In this document: positions 37,383 to 50,720 of the stretch, piece after piece
Numbering within the stretch: the stretch's first letter is position 1
Layout: each line of letters starts with the position of its first letter
Source of the DNA: Octopus bimaculoides
Taxonomy: Eukaryota
Reading direction: 5' to 3'
NCBI RefSeq assembly: GCF_001194135.2
Contig: NC_068982.1
Span: 107,082,064-107,146,063 of the forward strand
DNA: 64,000 nt
Notes under the pieces: generated by a model
Seen by the model: the letters and a program-made list of their open reading frames with translations, nothing else
Told to the model about the DNA's origin: nothing
The model's database searches: none
Program-made: the position numbers and the translations under genes

Positions 37383-39694
37383 CAGTGATTTTCAAACCAT
37401 GTGCTGCAGCGTACTGGTGCACCTCAAAAAAGTAAGATTATATTTCAAAATATGAAAAATACAAACCAAAATTCACTAGAAAGTTCAAATATAAATGTCA
37501 AAGTGGCAAAAAACTAAATACTAAGTTCTAAACTAGGAATGAGAGGTGGGTGATTGTGTCATTCAATTCATTTAGGCTAATTATGGTATGACAGTGTTAT
37601 CCAATTTTCAATCTGAAATTTCATAAGGATATGAACTAAATTAGCATCAAATTGATGCCTCATGGACATATTCAGAGCATGACTATGCTTCAGTTTATCT
37701 CAGCCATAGCCTCAGCAGTTTCCTTTTAATAATAAATGTGAAAAATAAATTATTGAATTAAAATATACAATGTTGAAATAAATCTTTTAATACATCCTCA
37801 CATATTGCGGCTGTATTTCAATTTATTTCATTCATATAGTGGCATAAATTTTCATCTTTTCAATTAATTTTGAAAGACTTCTCAAAAGAGTCTGATAATA
37901 TGTGATACGCTGCCTCTTTTCACAGCTCACTGGCCACTTGTCTCAGCCTCAGTTTGACTCTGGTAGTAATCTGTGCTCTTTGTGCAAAACAATTCATATT
38001 AACAGACTAAATTACCCATAAAATGGAAAAGTTTAAGATGAAACATAACCGTAACGATTATGAATCTGAAAGTAAACGTTCGCCAAAAGCAAATAAGTGT
38101 AGTGATAATAATGCGAAAGCTCGACCCAGTCATAAAGCAAGAAATAAGCAAGATTCCGCTCTCAAATAATACAATCCACAGGAGAATTATGAATTTATCT
38201 GCTGATATAGAGGAAAATGTATAGAACAAACTTTAGAACTTAGAATTTGCTGTACAGGTTGATGAATCAACTGATATTAGCAACAAAGCACAATTACTTA
38301 CAATTATTTGCTTTATTGATGGTAACCAAATCACAAATCAGTTCTTTTGTTGTGAAGAAATGCCACTCACTACAAGAGGTCAAGATATTTTTGACATTTT
38401 ATTTGCCTACCACGGAAAATGGAATTTATCCTGGAATTCCTGTGTTGGAATATGTTCTGATGGGGCACCATCTGTGATAGGCTTTATGAAAGGTTTTGTA
38501 TCACTCATACAACAGCAAAACCCTAATGTTATATGTACTCTTTGATTCCTACATAGCGGGGTACTAGTTTCAAAAACAATACCAGTTGAGTTAAAGCAAG
38601 TATTAAACCAAGTTGTATTAAAAGTAGGCTGTTGAAGTGTTGCTTATTTGAACAAATTTGTGTTGATCTGGATTCCCAGTACAAGTGCTTACTTTTACAC
38701 ACAAAAGTCAGATGACTCTCAAAAGGCAAGGTGTAGCATTGCATACATGAACTCCAAAAGGAATTGCATGCATTTTTTAAAGAAGAAAAACATGAACACT
38801 TCTTGGAATATCTACAATGTGAATTTTGGGTTTCCAAGCTGGAATATGTAACAGAGATATTTGAACAACTTAATAACATCAACACAAGTATGCAAAATAA
38901 AGATGAAAACATTCTCACTTCGACAGATAAGCTGGTTTCATTTAAAAACTAAGTTGTAATTTGGAAAAATAGAGCTAAAGGTGCTAAGTTTGAAATGCTT
39001 CCCTTAAAACGTAAAAGCTACATAAAAGAAATGACTCCTATTGTATTTGAACATTTGACAAATTCGGAAGAAAAAATAAACTTTTATTTTCCGTCATTGA
39101 ACACAGAAGAATATGATTGGGTTCGAAATCCCTTCATAAAATTCCATCTAATATTGGTCTCAATATATGTGAAGAAGAGGCATTGACATCTATATCCAAT
39201 GATTGTGGACTTAAAATCAAATATGCTGTGCTGAGTTAACTATTGATACATTTTGGATTGCTATTATAGGAGAATACCCCTCAGTAGTAAAAAAACGCTT
39301 TATCCGTTTTGATGCAGTTTTCCACATCATATTTATGTGAGTTGGGATTTTCAACCCTCAGTAACATCAAATCCAAAAAAGAAAGAGGCTTCATTGCATC
39401 GAAGAAGAAATGAGGGTTTGTCTTTCTCAAATACGTCCCAATATTGAATACATTTCCAAAAAACATCAAGTGCATGTTTCTTATTGATAACTTTGCTTCA
39501 TATATTGAATAAAAAGTAAGTATGTGCAATTTTTCTGTATTTTTAACTATCTATTTATTACTTTATTGTTTATGCTATGCTAATATGTATAAAGTCCCTT
39601 TTGAATAAATTTTAGAATTTATGTACAAAGTGAACCAAAATATCTTGACTTCTTGTAAGGTGTGCCATGAGTAAAAAAAGTTTGGCAACCACTG
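37383..39694 (+). mobile_element. hAT DNA transposon (Buster/Charlie/SPIN-type), 2312 bp, defective transposase
   Basis: TIR CAGTGATTTTCAAAC / CAGTGGTTGCCAAAC; TSD CTGTAGGG / CTGTAGGT; KIPLSNNTIHRRI, VDESTD, SDGA, HTKVR.LSKGK and STSYLCELGFS motifs, broken by stops and frameshifts. Confidence 0.93.
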
Positions 39695-40075
39695 CTGTAG
39701 GTTGTTGAAAAACCACAGTACTCACCAAGCAGTTCTGGTGATGTTACAAGTTTAGTCACCGTGCAATGGGTAGTACTCTGTTACATGTTACCAAGAGCAC
39801 TCAAGAGTGACAAAGCATACATACTCATACATACGTACATACATACATACATACATACACACATACACTCTTGTTGAGATGTATAAATGGAAGAAAGACA
39901 ATACATGTAGTAGAGGTTATTGGTTCAGTTGAAGTTCATGGTCAACATCGATTCATCACTGACATTTTTACTACTTGTGACCCATCAAGCAGCAAAAGTA
40001 TTGTTGATGCTATAAGTCAGATTGTGTGTGTGTGTATGTGTGTATGTGCATGTGTGTGTGTTTGTGTGTGCGTGT

Positions 40076-40114
<39 letters not shown>

Positions 40115-40232
40115 AGTATGCACACATGTGTACATGCATGCGTGTGTATGTGTGTGTGTTTGTTTGTGTCATGCAGCAACTTACAAGGAAATGCTAAAAT
40201 CTGTTTTAAAAATCCCAAATTCTAAAACTTAC

Positions 40233-40333
40233 CATCATAGGGCAATGAAAATGTACCAACAAGCGGAGGTCTGCGAAACAAATTTGCTGTTTTCTTAGAA
40301 AGAGTTTGAGTATTGTACTTTATGTGTTTCTTC
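40233..40333 (-). CDS. DNase I-family gene, internal exon
   Basis: ttcttttacttttccag acceptor and GTAAGT donor; 101 nt, phase 2 to 1; KKHIKYNTQTLSKKTANLFRRPPLVGTFSLPYD aligns with SFSREPAVVKFSS. Confidence 0.88.
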
Positions 40334-42149
40334 CTGGAAAAGTAAAAGAATAAACAATTAACTTTCATGCATAAATGTAAATTTTCTATTTTATAGAGGA
40401 GAAGAAATAAAACTGTGCTGTTTATAGCAGCAGATTTATTCATTTTATGCAGAGAAGAAAAGCACATGATAAATACTTTTTCTTTTTTCTTTTTTTTTTC
40501 AAGTTGTTACAAACAAGTAATTATTAATTCAAGCTAATATATTTTTCCTTAATATTGAATGATCTCTAAATTTGTAGATAATCCAGTTTCAACATATTGT
40601 GCATTGTCAGTGCAGACACTAGGATTACAGTCTTATGTCAGTTAAAGTAAAAAAAAAATAAGGGTTTATGTTGTTTCCTTTTCAAAAAGATAGAAAATGA
40701 TGCAAAATGATAACATTGATACCTTTAGATTAGAATAAAATTAAAGTGAATGATAGTTATTTTGCTGATAAAGCTTGGAGAAGTTGATCACATGTTCAAG
40801 TATTTCAGAAAATTTCCATTTAATTATTTTTCCTCTGTTGGCTTCAACCCACAACTTAAGAATTAATCAAAGAAGTCAGAGATTATTTGATTTATGAAGT
40901 GTTGCAGGCTGACCATTTCTATGCCAAAATGTCCAATCTTCTGAAATCTGAAGTTTTTTCACTGTGAAACTTGAGACAGAAGTAAAACTTTAAATACATT
41001 GTTAAACAGAACAGGAGGAGACACATGGGATGGAAAGTTGCTGAAGAGGTTACAGGTGTGTGATGAAAGATTTCCAGATAATGGACATACAATAAGAACA
41101 GCAATAAATAACTGAAGAATGAATATGTAGTGCATGTGTTTATTTGGCGAGAGAAAAATGACCATCCTAAAGTATAACAATATTAAGACATATTTATATA
41201 TCTAAAGCAGATATAATCTTACAATAGAATAAGATTTGAAAACTATAATCCACTCATGGGCATCAAACTACATTTTTGTTTTATTTGTAAAAAATACCTG
41301 CCAGAATATTTTTAAACCTTATTACCTTGATATTGAATGAAAACAGCTCATAAGTGTATAGAAAAGGCTAATTTGCATAATGGTATGAGTTTGTCAACAA
41401 CTAAGATACTACTGATAAATCAAAACATCATGAAAATGTTTTCTAAAATTTGCATACTGAAGTGTATGTATATGTTTAAAACATAAGTGGCCTTATTGTA
41501 GAATGAAGCTCAAGAAATTAAAGTTTCATTTGATGACAAAATAATGGATTTTCAGGGAAAAATGTAGTCTGGCTGATATGAAAATATCTAAATTCTTTTA
41601 TTCAACAACTATCAGCAAAGAAATCAAGAAATGATTTATGGCAATCCTATATTCTAATTGAAATTCTCATCAAAAGTATTCCAATTATTTTGAAGGGTGA
41701 CAATTTATTTGTAAATGAACATTTTTGAAAGGTAGTATAACTTTAATATATATAGGGAAATTATATCTGAGGTAAAAGAAAAAAGGAAAAAAGGACCTGA
41801 AATGAAATTATAGTAAAGTGATTTTTTTAGTGGTTGAAACTATATTTCCTGTTGTAATCTTCAGAATACTGAAATGAATTTAATGTATCAGATTAGCCAG
41901 AAAAGCTGGCATGAGATTGGCATCTTGATATCATTGATGGATTACAACAATCTTTTTAAGCGATTTTTATCTTTCAATATGGGATTACATGGGAATGATA
42001 TTTTAGATACAAACTAGTTACCAGAAACACATAGCTGAGTGTGTGCAAAAGGGGTAATTAATTAAAACATTGAAATAAGAGATGAAACCATCTTTCTATT
42101 ACTGGAATATTTCTAGAATAGATTTTATTTTCCTGCTTATTTAATATTG

Positions 42150-42356
42150 GTTTCACATTTTGGCACAAGGCCAGCAATTTTGAGGAAGGGAGTAAGTTGA
42201 TTACATCAACCCCAGTGCTCAACTGGTACTTATTTTAACGATCCCAAATGATGAAAGGCAAAGTTAACCTTAGTGGCATTTGAACTCAGAACGTAAATAT
42301 GGATGAAATGCTGCTAAGCATTTTGCTTGCTGTGCAAATGATTCTGCCAGCTTGCT
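42150..42356 (-). mobile_element. SINE family A (another partial copy at about 42710-42845)
   Basis: Reverse complement of the 585-760 consensus. Confidence 0.8.
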
Positions 42357-43690
42357 GTCCTATCCTTCCTCTTCTTATTTAATATTAACAGAAAGTATGA
42401 GAAGTTGAGACAATCAAGATACTAAAAAAGCTAATCTTGTTGCTTTATTGTATCTAGTTCTCAGTTCAAATTTCTTACGTCAATTTTGTCTTTAATTCTT
42501 CCATAATTGACAAAATAATTGGTCACAATTATTAAAACTTTTGTCCAGTGGATAGCTAAAAAAAAAAAATCAGTTATTAATTGAAAAAGATAACTAAATA
42601 TATTGAAGGCAAAAAAATTCCATCATTAAATTCTAAAGAAAGTGTAATTAAAAAAGAAATCAAATAAAGGCAATTCAATTTGAAAACTACAATATAATAT
42701 TATTTTCAAATTTAGGCACAAAGCCAGCAATTTTAGTGGGGGAGTAAAATCAATTACTTATTTTTTCAACTCTGAAAGGATGAAAAGCAAAATTGACCTT
42801 GACAGAATTTGAACTCAGAGCATAAAGACTAGCAAAATGTTGAAACTATAATATAATATTCAAATGAGTTTACATTTCACTTTTTTTTTTACATGTCTTA
42901 AAGGAGGCAGGGTAGTGCCTATGACATTTCTCAGTGCCTCTAAGACTAGCAACAGGAAGAGAAGTTATAAAACCAGATTCCTGGCCCAAATGCTTATAAC
43001 AGAAAGCACTCTACTTAAAGCACCCAAGGGCAAGGCATTAAAATTTAATTGAGCAAGGGATTCAGTCTATCCCCCATTGCTCCCTACTGAACCTCAGTCA
43101 TCTCTGGTGACATGTCATTTCACTGGTCTATCAGAGCTCAAACTTGTGAACTCTATTGTGAAAAGCTCTTTAGTTTCTTTTTTTTATTATTATTTTAATT
43201 CAAGTAAATAACAATGAAATACCAAGAAAAGAAAATAGCTAATATCATTAGAAAGTCTATAGTAAAGTTCATTTACTGATAATAAAGAAGAAAAATGCCA
43301 GATAAAGACTGGAAGTGGATAGTTTGAAATGTTATCTATGTAACTATTGAATAAATACTGAAGTAGTTATTTTTCATACATACCACATCTTTGAATAAAG
43401 TTAGTAGATATGAAGCTCTATAGTAAGATGGCTTATATTAGATCAGAATTTCACAGAATATTTACTTATAAAGCAGTTTTAAGCATTTTATTAAAAAAAC
43501 ATCCCTGTTTTCTTTAAAATCTCAAATCCAAACAGTAAAAAATATCACATTAAATAATGATAAAAAGATGAAGTAATAGGCAGAAAGGATAATAGAATAG
43601 CCAGAAAATATGAAGTCAGTTAAGCAGAAAATTCCTGGCAGTATGAATAAGCTACTGTGAATGTTCAAGTAATAGTTATAATGTTACTAT

Positions 43691-44077
43691 TGGAGGCGCA
43701 ATGGCCCAGTGGTTAGGGCAGCGGACTTGCGGTCATAGGATCGTGGTTTCAATTCCCAGATCGGGCGTTGTGAATGTTTATTGAGTGAAAACACCTAAAG
43801 CTCCAGGTGGCTCCAGGAGAGGATGGTGGCGAACCCTGCTGTACTCTTTCACCACAACTTTCTCTCGCTCTTACTTCCAGTTTTCGTTGTGCCTGTAATT
43901 CAAAGGGTCAGCCTTGTCACACTGTGTCATGCTGAATATCCCCAAGAACTACGTTAAGGGTACACATGTCTGTGGAGTGCTCAGCCACTTGCACGTTAAT
44001 TTCACGAGCAGACTGTTCCATTGATCAGATCGACTGGAACCCTTGACGTCGTAAGCGACGGAATGCCAACAAAAAAA
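43691..44077 (+). mobile_element. SINE family C, full length, 12-bp TSD
   Basis: Colinear with 17502-17873; TATAATGTTACT at 43677-43688 and 44078-44089. Confidence 0.9.
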
Positions 44078-44661
44078 TATAATGTTACTGGAGGAAAATC
44101 TCAAAAGTTCAATATTTACTCAAAATTTGATAAATGTCTTACTGACAAATTATTGATGTCACAGAAAAGATGAGATAAAGAAAATTCCAAATGCAGAGAG
44201 AACATTTTTGGTTTACAAACTATCTGTGCAATATTAGATGATTCAATTTTTATATTTTTGAGTCTAAAAATATATTGCCTTCCTAAAAACAACCCCATAC
44301 TATCCCATACCAACCTGATGTTGATTTAAGTACAAAGCAATGAAGTTATAAAGTTGCATTGCCTTATCCAGAATATTAGTTATGTAATACAATCAGGAAA
44401 AATCAGATTATAAAATCAATGTTGGAGACCAAAATAGTAAGAGTTTTCAGTTTTTGATTGAAAAAAAAAATTACATCTGACATGATATTATAGAATAATA
44501 AAAAAAATAAGTATGCTTTCATTTAATAAGTTATGAAATGAAAAAAAGAAATGAAAAGGAAGGCTAATGAATAAAGAACAATGTTTTACAATGTCACATT
44601 CTTTTGTACATGTTAAAGTTATGTGAATCATTTCATCGCTAAGGATAGAAAGTTCCTTGCT

Positions 44662-44683
44662 TGCAGGTGAAATTTCACCTGCA
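44662..44683. promoter_or_regulatory. perfect 22-bp palindrome with two inverted E2-boxes (CAGGTG/CACCTG)
   Basis: TGCAGGTGAAATTTCACCTGCA equals its own reverse complement; function is unproven. Confidence 0.35.
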
Positions 44684-45731
44684 TTTGACATTGAGACTTC
44701 TCACTGACTCAGTACTTAAAAACTTATGAGATAAAAATGGGTGAAACCGTAAGACTAAAAATTAATTAATAAAGAATGACAATCTTTATATCCTACCTAA
44801 CATGGATGTATTGTTAGAATGTTGTAATTCCAGTAGTATTTGCCTTGAGAAATCTCATACAGACATTTAGTGTTAAGAAGCACAGACAAAGATGCTTTGC
44901 ATGAATTTGTAAAATTAAATAATTACTATTATTCTGAGCACAGATGCACCTCTACAGAATCTTATATACTTACAATTTACCTGTAATACTAAGAAGGTTG
45001 TCTGCTCTTATGTTACATGGTGGAAATATTGGACTGTTTGGGCAAATATTTAAAACTAGGAGTAGGTTTCTTGGTGAGTTTAGTCAGTGATTTGTATTGC
45101 TTTCCACTTTTATGATATATCTAAAATTATAGGGAAGGCAAGAATATCTTACAATCCCATTACTCTCTATATATAAATCTGTGGCCTTGTCATTAAATAA
45201 AACAATACTGAGGGGAGGGTGGGCTTGATTTGATCTGAAAATGTCAGTTGAAAGCCATTTCTCTTTTCAAATCCCAGGACACACTTAATACAGATTAACT
45301 AAGAGCCAAGAGATGGGGAGTTTCTACAATGTTTATTTTTTCTTAGATGTGAGTCAATCAAAATCTTTTAGGATATCTAATTTGCCATCTCATGAATATA
45401 AGCTTTCAAAATTATTTAATCAGAGCAGAGTTGTACCCATAACCACTACAGGATTTTTTAGACATGTAAGCTGATGTGGATGATATTCAGATTAAACTGT
45501 TGCAGATGGATGCATGTATAGGATATGTGAGCTTAAATTAGTTCTAAAGAGTTAGTTGTGGGAAAAAGAATTGAAAAAATCAGAATTTGTAGTGAACAAA
45601 GTGTCACATTTGTGGTGTGAAAGACAACTGTAGCAGATAACTTCCCGGAATCTACATCTTCCTATAGGCTATCTCCTTAGTGTTCTCACCTTTTGCACTA
45701 GAAAATTTATGAGTAAACTGTGACTTTATTC

Positions 45732-45830
45732 ACATTATTTACAATTGATGGATATTTGTCCTCATCAGCCAAAACGTTGTGTTAGCAACAAACAAGATGA
45801 GGACAAATATCCGTCAATTGTAAATAATGT
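45732..45830. repeat. 35-bp inverted repeat (hairpin) with 29-nt loop, probably a Penelope-type end
   Basis: 45732-45766 pairs with 45796-45830, 34/35 plus one G-U. Confidence 0.9.
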
Positions 45831-48800
45831 ACATAATTCCACATCTCTTAAATATAGAACTGTAAACTGTGACTTGTAACCTTTTTGTGTCAGACTCGGG
45901 TCAGGGCTGATTGCAGAGGGGAAAGTCCCTCGTTCAGCCTGATCTCAGTTAAGAAAGATATACAACCCCAAATCAGTTCTCCCTCTTTGATTGCTTGGCC
46001 TCTGGTTAAAGAACATCTCTTCAAGTATGGCCTGTCATTTTGCGACACCACAGCTCTTACATTTTCTACTTGTCTACACTCTTTTACTTTTTCTTTCGCC
46101 ATCAGTCCTCATAGCAGTCAACAGAAGATGAACTTAACTACCTGTGGACTGGATAACAAAACTACAAATAACCTGTGTACAACTACAACAATAAAAAGTG
46201 GTCTTCTACGTTGTAACAATGACAATAATGATATAATAAAGGGCCTTTTCAACCAACTAACAATTAATATCTTTCGTCTCTCATTTATTTACAACATATC
46301 TCTGTCACAAAGTATTAATGATGAAGGAGAATGTAATTTGGACAATGGAATCTGTGTGAAACTGGGTAATTCAGAGGAGCAAAGGCTATTGTAGTGGAGA
46401 AAGAAAGAATGGGAGATGGACTAACATGTTTTGGAGCAGTAGTTGTATTGTTTTGGTGAGTGAATTATTACCAATAATCCAGATAGTCTAACTTATTTTA
46501 TTTAAAATTTTCATTATTTATTTATTTATTTGTTTGTTTTTATACAAGGGGTCTGCTCTAGAATGTTTGTGTATATAACAGCTACAACATTCCGCACTGG
46601 GGTAGTAGTAGTCTTATATCAATTACACTTCTACTTTGAAGAGAGCAGGTATCCAACTAGGGCTATAATATTTTCTGGCTTTAATGAGAAAGCCTTTGTT
46701 ATACAGTTTTGGCTTGCAGTTGGGGTGAAACATCAAATTGTAGGGTGTAGTATTCATAGAGTTTTAAACATATTATTAATACTCTTTACTTTTCTTTGTG
46801 GAGGCACATGGCTTAGTCATTAGGGTGTTGGATTCATGATTGTAAGGTTGTAGTTTCAATTGCTCAACTGGGAGATGCATTGTGTTCTTGAGCAAAATGT
46901 TTCATTTCACGTTACTCCAGTTTGCTCAGTGGGCAAAAATGAGTAATCCTGTAATGGACTGGCATCAGAAAACTGGTTCTATGAGTCAGCATGGCCCAGA
47001 AAGGAAGCTAACTTACTTTTCTTAGCATGTCTATTGTTAAGAATCTATTCCTGACATGTGTAATGATTGTTTTGGAGCATTTGAAGAAGACTTGGTTATC
47101 ATATATCCATTAAAAGATGCCTTTAGCATTTCTGTTCATAGAAATAAGGTGGGTAGCTCCAGTGTGAAGCAATTTGATTGTTTGTGAATGTCCCCTGGAT
47201 GTGGAAAATTAAGGAAGTGTGAAGGGTAGTTAGAAGTAACAGCATGCAGGACTTTAATATAGAGAAGGAAGCTTGTGGAGATAAGGTTGAAATACGAGGC
47301 ACACAAGGGTTGCTGATGTTCGTTTATTGAACTCCATGTCATGTCCCATGATGGTGTGATCTGACAGAACACTTTTGATGTAACAGATGCCTGATGGAGA
47401 GGCTATTTGGGTAATTTAGCTTGAAGTATTTTGTGCTAGTCACATTCAAAGCTTTTATTGATAAGAAAAGAAATGATATAACTTAATAAGAAGCCAGCTA
47501 TGTTGATGACTATTGAATAAGGAAAAGGAACTCAAAAGGTTAAAAATATAATCGTCTGTCTCCATGACTTTACATTGTGACAGAATATGACTCATCTGTT
47601 GTTGATAAGCATGTACCCTAATACGCAGAAAAGTGGTTTAAAAGGAACTTGTGTATTAACAGAAAACATCTACAGTTTAAGAATTTTGATAGAGAGTGAC
47701 AGAATTTCTGAAATTCAGACATTACCTATGATTAGATTAAATATTTGTGATTAAAACTGTTTGAATCAATATATTTGCTTATGTGTTTATAACTGTATCA
47801 TGCCCAGCTAAGTAAGCGAAATTCGGATGCAGATGCATGGTTACATGGATATATATACATTATAAACATACACGGTACACATAATAATTACAAGTATACC
47901 AGCAGGAAATCATTCACATACGTTTTTATTTTTATAAACCTCCACAAACGCAACACATACATATAAATGATAGCGCATGAAATTAATGAAATCCACTGTA
48001 TATTTATACACACAATAATAATTATACATAAAAAAAGAATACAAATTCAACAGGAAATGTTTAAAAGGTTACTTAAAAAACTCCCCCCTTTTTTTCTGCT
48101 TGAAAGGACACTTCTTTGGTTAATCTCAAAATTCAACACAACATACTTAAAGTGAAATATAACAGAGGGTCTTAAATCATTTGTCACCACCAACTCTCTC
48201 TCTCTCTCTCTCTCTACATGTTCAAATATGCAATATGATATTTCCTTCTGAAAAGGAGTTCAGTCATATGTCAATTAAGAACACAATATTCAATTTCATT
48301 TTGGAATTAGTGAAAATACATGCTTGGATAATCAAAATTCCGTGCCAACTAATAAATAATTAATGCAGAAATAGGATTTTTACACAAGAAATTGAATTTC
48401 GACTTAATTACTTCGAAGCCATTCTCAGCGTTACTAATAACGCATTTTTTGTTTTGTTTTAAATTCAAAGTTTCAAAAGAATTTTGAGTTCAGATCAATA
48501 ATTTTGGATTACCATTAACCAGCGTGTATGCCTTCATTTCATCGATCCATGCTTTTCCTTGACCATATTTCACATATTTAATAAGTTTGGCTATTTGTTC
48601 AAGGTTCTTGTTGTTGAAGATATTTGCCCAGCAGTAATAAACTACTTGTCAAGAGGAAGCTTCAATGATGTCACTCAATCTCCTAGTAATAACTGTTAAA
48701 ACTTCCAATATTAGCACCCCAAAGTATTACAAAAGTGAAGAACACACTTGATAAAGTCCGAAAAAGATGAAACGGTCACAGATGGAATGTCTTTGGTCAT

Positions 48801-49159
48801 ACGAATGCTTCCTCAAAGTTCGCCTGGTGATAAACAAACAACCTACTACAAATGACCACGAACAGAAAGTAAAGTCTTTACGCTGTCGTTCTATCTACAA
48901 GAAATAATCCCTCGAATCATATCAAATATAAGGAAGTTCCAGATACACTGCCTGAATAAAAGATGGGTTTGTTACAGATGGAATGATTTTGATCACAGGT
49001 CTGCTCAGCAATGTTTGTATAATGCATCCTCGATGTCAATGGAATTAGAATAAAAGAATCAGATTTAAGATTGGGTTAAATGACAACATCAATTTCTATA
49101 CTGCTTGCTGTTGGTCAAGGTTGACTAAGTGTCTGCATCTATATGTGCAAGTATCTTTT

Positions 49160-49520
49160 ATCCATTACTTATTTCATTCACTGGACTGTGGCCATGCTGA
49201 GGCATTGCCTTAAAGGGTTTAGTCGAACAAATTGACCTCAGGGCTTTCATGTTTTAAAACTTGGCACTTATTTTATAGCCTCTTTTGCTGAACCGATAAG
49301 TTATGGGATGTGAACAAACCAGTGCAGGTTATCAAGCAGTGGTAGGGGACAAGCACAAGCACACATAGATATACATATACATGCGTACACAACGGGCTTC
49401 ATTCAGTTTCCGTCTACCAAATCCACTCACAAAGTTTTGGTCGGTCTGAGGCTATAGTGGAAGACACTGTCCCAAGGTACCATGTAGTGGGACTAAACTC
49501 ATGGCCATATAGATGGGAAG
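49160..49520 (-). mobile_element. SINE family B, diverged
   Basis: Colinear with 56956-57348. Confidence 0.8.
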
Positions 49521-50046
49521 CAAGTCTTGCTTTTTTTGTTTTTAAGACTGGCAGTTTCCTATGCACAGTAGTCATTCCTCTCTGCACCACTGATGTTGTA
49601 CAGGGAAAAGGCTCCAGCTTTAGCTGAGTTCCAGTGAAATCGCAGGCATGGCTGTCAGAACAGATATCATAAGGTCAATCCACTGCTCCAGGCAGTCACT
49701 TTTTTATGATCTTGAAAGGATGAGAGGCAAAATTGACCTCAGTGGGATCTGAACTCAAAACGCAAAGATTCAAAACAAATACCGTGTGGTATTCTATCTA
49801 ACTTGTTAACGATTCTTCAAATTCTGCCGCCTTAACTACTTAATGAAAAATAGAAATACATAATTGATCAGCAACGTGGGAAAAAACCCAAGCCATATCA
49901 ATAATTTGATGAATGGATCCACTTGAAGCCAGGTGCTAGAAACCTGTACAATTTTAATGACATTACTGGTGTATTATAAAATACATGCCTCCTTATAATG
50001 AAAAATTACCATATCAATGTCCACTATTATAATTAGTATTATCGGA

Positions 50047-50215
50047 GAAGGCGTAATTGTGTGGTTGAGAAATCCACTTCGTAGCCTCGTGGCTTCAGAT
50101 TCAATCTCATTGTGTGGCACCTTGTGTGAGTGTCTTCTACTATAGCCCCAGTTCGACCAATACCTTGTGAGTGAATTTAGCAGACAGAAACTGTATGGAA
50201 GCTCGTGGGATATGT
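50047..50215 (+). mobile_element. SINE family B head
   Basis: gtggcaccttg..gtgtcttctactatagcc...ccttgtgagtgaattt. Confidence 0.75.
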
Positions 50216-50348
50216 ATGTCATTATTCAGTTTTATTTCAAGATTTCTTGCCAATAAAGAAATAGCCAGTTTCTAACCTAGATCCAAGGCTCCTTCACTGG
50301 AATTTCAACATCAATAATAGGGTGTATGTATGTATGTATGTATGTATG

Positions 50349-50382
<34 letters not shown>

Positions 50383-50720
50383 TGTATGTGTGCAGAGTTG
50401 TATGCTTTGTTTTATGTATGTATTCTCATGCATATAGTTGCATATCTAGACATGCTCACATATACTTAAATGATAGACTTCAGGAAAGTTTTACAGATTT
50501 TTACAGTTCCAGTGATGGCTTGGATCTGTAGTCTTCGAATTAGCTTTCTCCTTTCTGGTTCTGAGAAGTCTAATTTCTCAAGATTTATGCAGTGTGCTAC
50601 ATATCCCAGTGCCCCAATAATTACAGGTATAAACCTGAACTTGTAATCTGGATAAAGTAACTGTAAATTCCTCAAGTGTTCAGCATAGGTGTTCTCTTTT
50701 TCACTGATCTTCAGCTTTGG
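50215..50720 (-). mobile_element. 3' end of a restriction-like-endonuclease (R4/Dong-type) non-LTR element with (TACA)n tail
   Basis: YAEHLRNLQLLY...FIPVIIGALG...LQIQAITGTVKICK; the 3'UTR piece recurs at about 54955-55030. Confidence 0.7.

Noticed and set aside
41690-41766. Strong minus-strand acceptor at 41766
   Set aside because: All frames hit stops, with no good donor and no DNase similarity.
42864-43052. + strand RSYKTRF resembling DNase NSYKERY
   Set aside because: Wrong strand; the true exon is 61612-61544.
44990-45120. Minus-strand acceptor/donor pair
   Set aside because: In-frame stops before the good donors and no homology.
48490-48648. 52-codon open minus frame (QVVYYCWANIF...)
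   Set aside because: No start, splice support or recognisable family.
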